Assembly: GCF_009914755.1 (NCBI RefSeq)
Contig: NC_060933.1
Origin: the human T2T-CHM13v2.0 reference genome, Homo sapiens
Length of the DNA: 64,000 nucleotides
Strand: one strand, 5' to 3'
A model generated the notes under the pieces. That model saw only the letters and a list, made by a program, of their open reading frames with translations. It made no database searches and was not told the DNA's origin. Below are positions 59,638 to 64,000 of this stretch, one piece after another; within the stretch, counting starts at the first letter, position 1; the number at the start of each line of letters is the position of its first letter. Position numbers and translations under genes: made by a program.

Positions 59638-60431
59638 TCAAAACTTGTATAGGTTATTGTCTGCTACTGTTAGATTTATTTACAAGTGATCGGGCTGATT
59701 CATCAGCCCATCTATCCTTTTGAATAAAGTGTTGTTAGGCAACTTAGTATTCATAACTTGAATAGCTGGTTTGGGGATAATTAGAAATTTGAGGCATGAC
59801 TCAGGTTGTGTTTTGGCGTTCTTTGTACCACATTCTTCCCTTTTTTGATCAGTAATGCTTCCAATTTAAAGTTGTTAACTTGACTCAGTTAAATTGTGGA
59901 TCCTTTCATTTACCTTGACCTTTCTCAGTTGGATGTACTTGAAAAAATGGAAAGGCTAACAAGCAGTGGGTGAGAGGAAGAAAGTAAAGAAAAATCTTGA
60001 GTAATCCATAAATGTAATAATCAACTCTTGAATACAGCAAGACTGAGCAATACTTAGCCTTATGGAATTTTAAATGCTTTAATTATAATTTTTTAAGTAG
60101 GAAAATAACTTCATTTTCTATCATACCCAAATTAGCATGAATATTCTTTAATGCCTTTTATTCTATGTTTTCCAAAGGAATAATTTTACATTTGTTTTCC
60201 ATTTTAAGCCTTCTAGTTTTTAGTGTGTTCTGTTACTCTTGTGCATCCAGTTTGATAACTATATTTCCATAAGAAAATCACAACTCTGATCTTGATCGAT
60301 TAACTACTTTTCATTCAGTGTTAGGAAAGGTGAAACTGGAAGCATAGTGTTTTTTTTTTTTAACAATTTGGGACTGGTGCAATGCTTTCTTCGGTGATGT
60401 GCCTTCCATAGTGCTTGTCATTTACTCAATG

Positions 60432-60645
60432 GAGTGATTCTTGACCAGGAGCAATTTTGTCCTCCAGGGGATATTTGGCAATGTCTGGAGACAATTTTGA
60501 TTGTCATGACTAGGAGAAATCCTACTTGTATCTAGTGGGTGGAGGCCAGGGATGCTGCCAAGCATTCCATTGTGCATAGGACAACCCACACAATAAAGAG
60601 TTATGTGGCCCAAAATGTCAGTAGTGGTAAGACTGAGAAACTCTC
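60432..60645. mobile_element. MER20 hAT element
   Basis: gggatatttggcaatgtctggagaca..gaggccagggatgctgc..gcccaaaatgtcagtagtg. Confidence 0.8.
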
Positions 60646-61607
60646 ATGCATGGGCAGTTGTGCAATGAAGTTTATTGAATTAAAAAATACATCCATTATA
60701 TTACGTGAGCCTAAGGCTTTATGGATTATTTTATATATGTATTACACACCAATTTGATGACTCTTAAGGGAGAATTTAGCTGTTTGCTTCATTATGATTA
60801 AAGTATTAAAATTGTGGCAGTTATAATTGATTATAGGTTAGTATACTTAGTTGAAATGGTATGTTAGTAATCAAATGCTGATCAACAGGAAGATTCAGTG
60901 TTCTCCTCTTATACTTCCCTTTTCCCTCAAGCTTTTCAGCTTCTTAGAATCAATACTGTGTATCATCACCTGCAATATTGCCACTCAGTTCTGACATAAT
61001 CAATTATTTGGAAAACTTAATTATCCAGATGTCTAAATCAGTAATTAATCTTTATGATCCCTATCCTACTATATTCTACTTAATCTCATTTTTTGAATTT
61101 AGGTCTGAGATACTAAATAAAATCTGCTGAATCCAATAGCTAGCAAAACAGGCCTTCAGCATCATGCAACAAAGCTGGAGTGGCTCCCTCGGTATGCATA
61201 AATGTAAATTAGAATTGTTTGCCACATATACATCACTTTTAATCTCATTTTATACTATTTTTTATTTCTGTTGACCTGATTCAATTTGGACAAAACTGAG
61301 TATTTTAAAAAGGAGATAGATTCTTAGCGGTTTTTTTTGGTGGGGTGTGAAGGATGGAAGGGAGATGACTTATAAACGAAGAATATTGAAAAGCACTTCG
61401 GTGCCTTATGACCATACAAAAACTGTGTGATAACTTGTTGAGTTTTCTTTTTAAATATTTATAAGTGCCACCATTATCTGGAAGATTAATGGATGATTAT
61501 ATCTGATACTCTTTATAGCGATATGGTTCTTATCAGAAGAACCCAAAGCTGCTGAAATAATTGTAGGTGCTATTTCTGCTGTTTCTTCCTTTTTATGTAG
61601 TGAGTGT

Positions 61608-61759
61608 TTTTTTGTTTGTTTGTTTGTTCCTTTGTTTTTGGTAGAGACTGGGTCCTGCTATGTTGCTCAGGCTGATGTCAAATCCCTGGCCTCCAGCAAT
61701 TCTCCAGCCTTGGCCTCCCAAAGTGCTGGGATTACAGGTGTGAATCACTGCTACTGGCC
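61608..61759 (-). mobile_element. FLAM/Alu left monomer
   Basis: Single arm with a (TTTG)n tail. Confidence 0.8.
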
Positions 61760-62737
61760 TGTTTTGTGGTTTTAATTGAACACGACCTGCTGAACTTTCA
61801 ATCTAAGAATTTCATCTGATACTACATACCTGAGAGGCTTTTAGAATTTGTAATATTTTTCTTAGTATTTGTGGCAACCAAAGTGGAAGCAAATTCTAGG
61901 TAGGTTTAACTGCCAAAGGGTTTGGAATTGGGAAACATGAATGATTTTGATACGATTTCTGAGTTTTGGCATAAAAAGTTGCTTGGAGTGATCCCTTAGC
62001 AATGGTAGCATTCCCGTCAGTCAGAAATAGCCTGTGCTTTAGCAAGCAGGAGGCTGCCAGCATGTGAAGTTAGTTAGTACATGATAGGTTAGGTGAGGTT
62101 AAGAAGAAATAGATAGTGTTATACCCACAAACTGTGTGGTAGTGTCAGAGAGGTGTTTCACATGTGTTTCAATGTGATAGATCTAATGTACTCTTCTGTT
62201 TTTAAAAGAGAAAAAAAAATAGTACATTTCCCACCCCCAACACCCGTGCAGTAGTTTTTACTTGTAGCAGTTCTGAATCCTGGTAACATATTAAAATTAC
62301 CTGTAGAATTTTAAAAAATTGCTAAGGGACAAACTTCATTCCTAGCAATCTAAGATAACAGACCTGGGCATTAGTATTAAGGGCTCTACAGCTAATCTAA
62401 CTTGCAACCAAGAATAGGAACCACTGCTTTATAGCAGTGCATCAGAATTTCCTGCAGGGCTATTTATTAGGTCTGGGCTAGGGCTTGAGAATTTGCATTT
62501 CTAACAAGTTCCCAGTTGATCTTACTAGTAAGGCATCACATTTTGAGAATCACCATGAAGGCAATCTTAAAAAATCATCTGAGTGTAACTGATGGTCTGA
62601 TTGTTACTCTTTTTTGAAAAATCATTGCTGGAGATATATTAAAATTAAAGACTAGCTCCGTGTATGTGGTTCCTTTTATGCTAAAAAGATTGATATTTCT
62701 GTATTGTTTGCATGTTTTTACAATGAGCATTTTAATG

Positions 62738-63028
<291 letters not shown>

Positions 63029-63889
63029 TTAAATCTTATTTAAATATTTTCTTGGAGGAAAAAGCCACATAAATAATAGCTAAAAATTGTATAGTACTTA
63101 ATAGTTTAAAAAGCTGACCAATTTACAATTATTAGTAGAGTAGCCTTTTTGAACTATTTAAAATAACTCATGGTTGTACTTTTTGTTTTTTTTTGGGGTT
63201 AAACCCCATTCTTTGAGAATCCTTCAAATTTCAGATTTTATGTTTTATATAGTCTCTTTAGGTATCTTAATAGAAGTAGCTCAAATAAACGGATTCATCT
63301 GCATTCAACAGAAATTTTATGCATCTTCAGTTTGGATAGTTGTTAAGATGGAAGGAATATTTCCTTTTTTCTATTCTTAAATATGCTGGGGAAGCGCAGA
63401 ACCATACAATGGGAATAATGAAGTACCTGGAAACAGAGAGGGAGAGACAGAGCTTATGGGTGCGGGTAAGGTTGGAGGAAATGGAACTTACCAGGCTTGG
63501 AAAGAGAGCAGCGGTAGCAGGAGGAGGAGGTGGCTTGTAACCTCTAGGAATGAAGGATCAAGGGGATGGATATGAGAGAGCTGCTGGATTCAGGAGCTTG
63601 GCCAAAGTCACAGAACTGTTAAATGGAAGAGTCCATTCCCAGATTTGGATCTCTGAGGCTCCTGTGTCCATTTTGTTTTCTGCAAAAATGTTAGGAAAAG
63701 GCAGGGGGGAGAGTCAGTTCTGATGAACCAACTCTGCAACAAATGGAGCAAGTGATCATTTTGTGACAATTATGAATCGTGAAAAAAGTCTCTAGATGGT
63801 AGGTACTGGCTTCTTTGCTGCTATATTTGGATATTGAAAATGTGTAGTCCTGAATAACAGGTTCCCATGTGACTTTCTGTGTCTTTCAG

Positions 63890-63991
63890 AAATCATCCTC
63901 ATCCTTTGATAACTGTGCTTGAACACAGACCTGATTGCTGGCCAGTGTTTTTGCAGCAGCTGACAGCGTTTTTCCAGCAGTGCCCTGAAAG
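63890..63991 (+). CDS. FOCAD: Focadhesin coding exon 5 (NHPHPLITVLEHRPDCWPVFLQQLTAFFQQCPE-R); gene continues beyond the window
   Basis: gtctttcAG| acceptor, AG|GTAATG donor; 102 nt, phase 2-2, continues the frame. Confidence 0.93.
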
Positions 63992-64000
63992 GTAATGTAA

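Overview
Primate (apparently human) genomic DNA that is AT-rich, CpG-poor and repeat-dense. It is the 5' part of FOCAD (focadhesin, KIAA1797; chr9p21.3 from recall) on the + strand. Five coding exons (21141-21197, 23581-23655, 26167-26321, 46030-46134, 63890-63991) have canonical AG/GT ends and splice into one frame of 164 codons starting MSDDIRKRFEFPNSLIQSQ. A probable 45-nt 5'UTR exon lies at 349-393 and the intronic microRNA MIR491 at 21892-21975. The introns hold about 24 Alus, three L1PA insertions with target-site duplications (TSDs), old L1M/L2/MIR, MaLR LTRs and Tigger/hAT DNA transposons. Most entries in the supplied ORF track are spurious. The best non-obvious observations are: (1) a decayed ZSCAN5-like SCAN plus 5xC2H2 gene fossil at ~43430-44990, split by a MER33 and carrying a candidate 161-nt poison exon; (2) a splice-created uORF and an ATG-TAA start-stop element just before the FOCAD start codon; (3) an unexplained 31-bp-arm inverted repeat at 42673-42785; (4) an RFX-box plus splice-donor candidate internal promoter at ~32.1 kb; (5) unusual insertion scars. 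Repeat subfamily names and protein similarities come from recalled consensus sequences, not from searches. Boundaries of old repeats are approximate. I cannot confirm that any item is undescribed.
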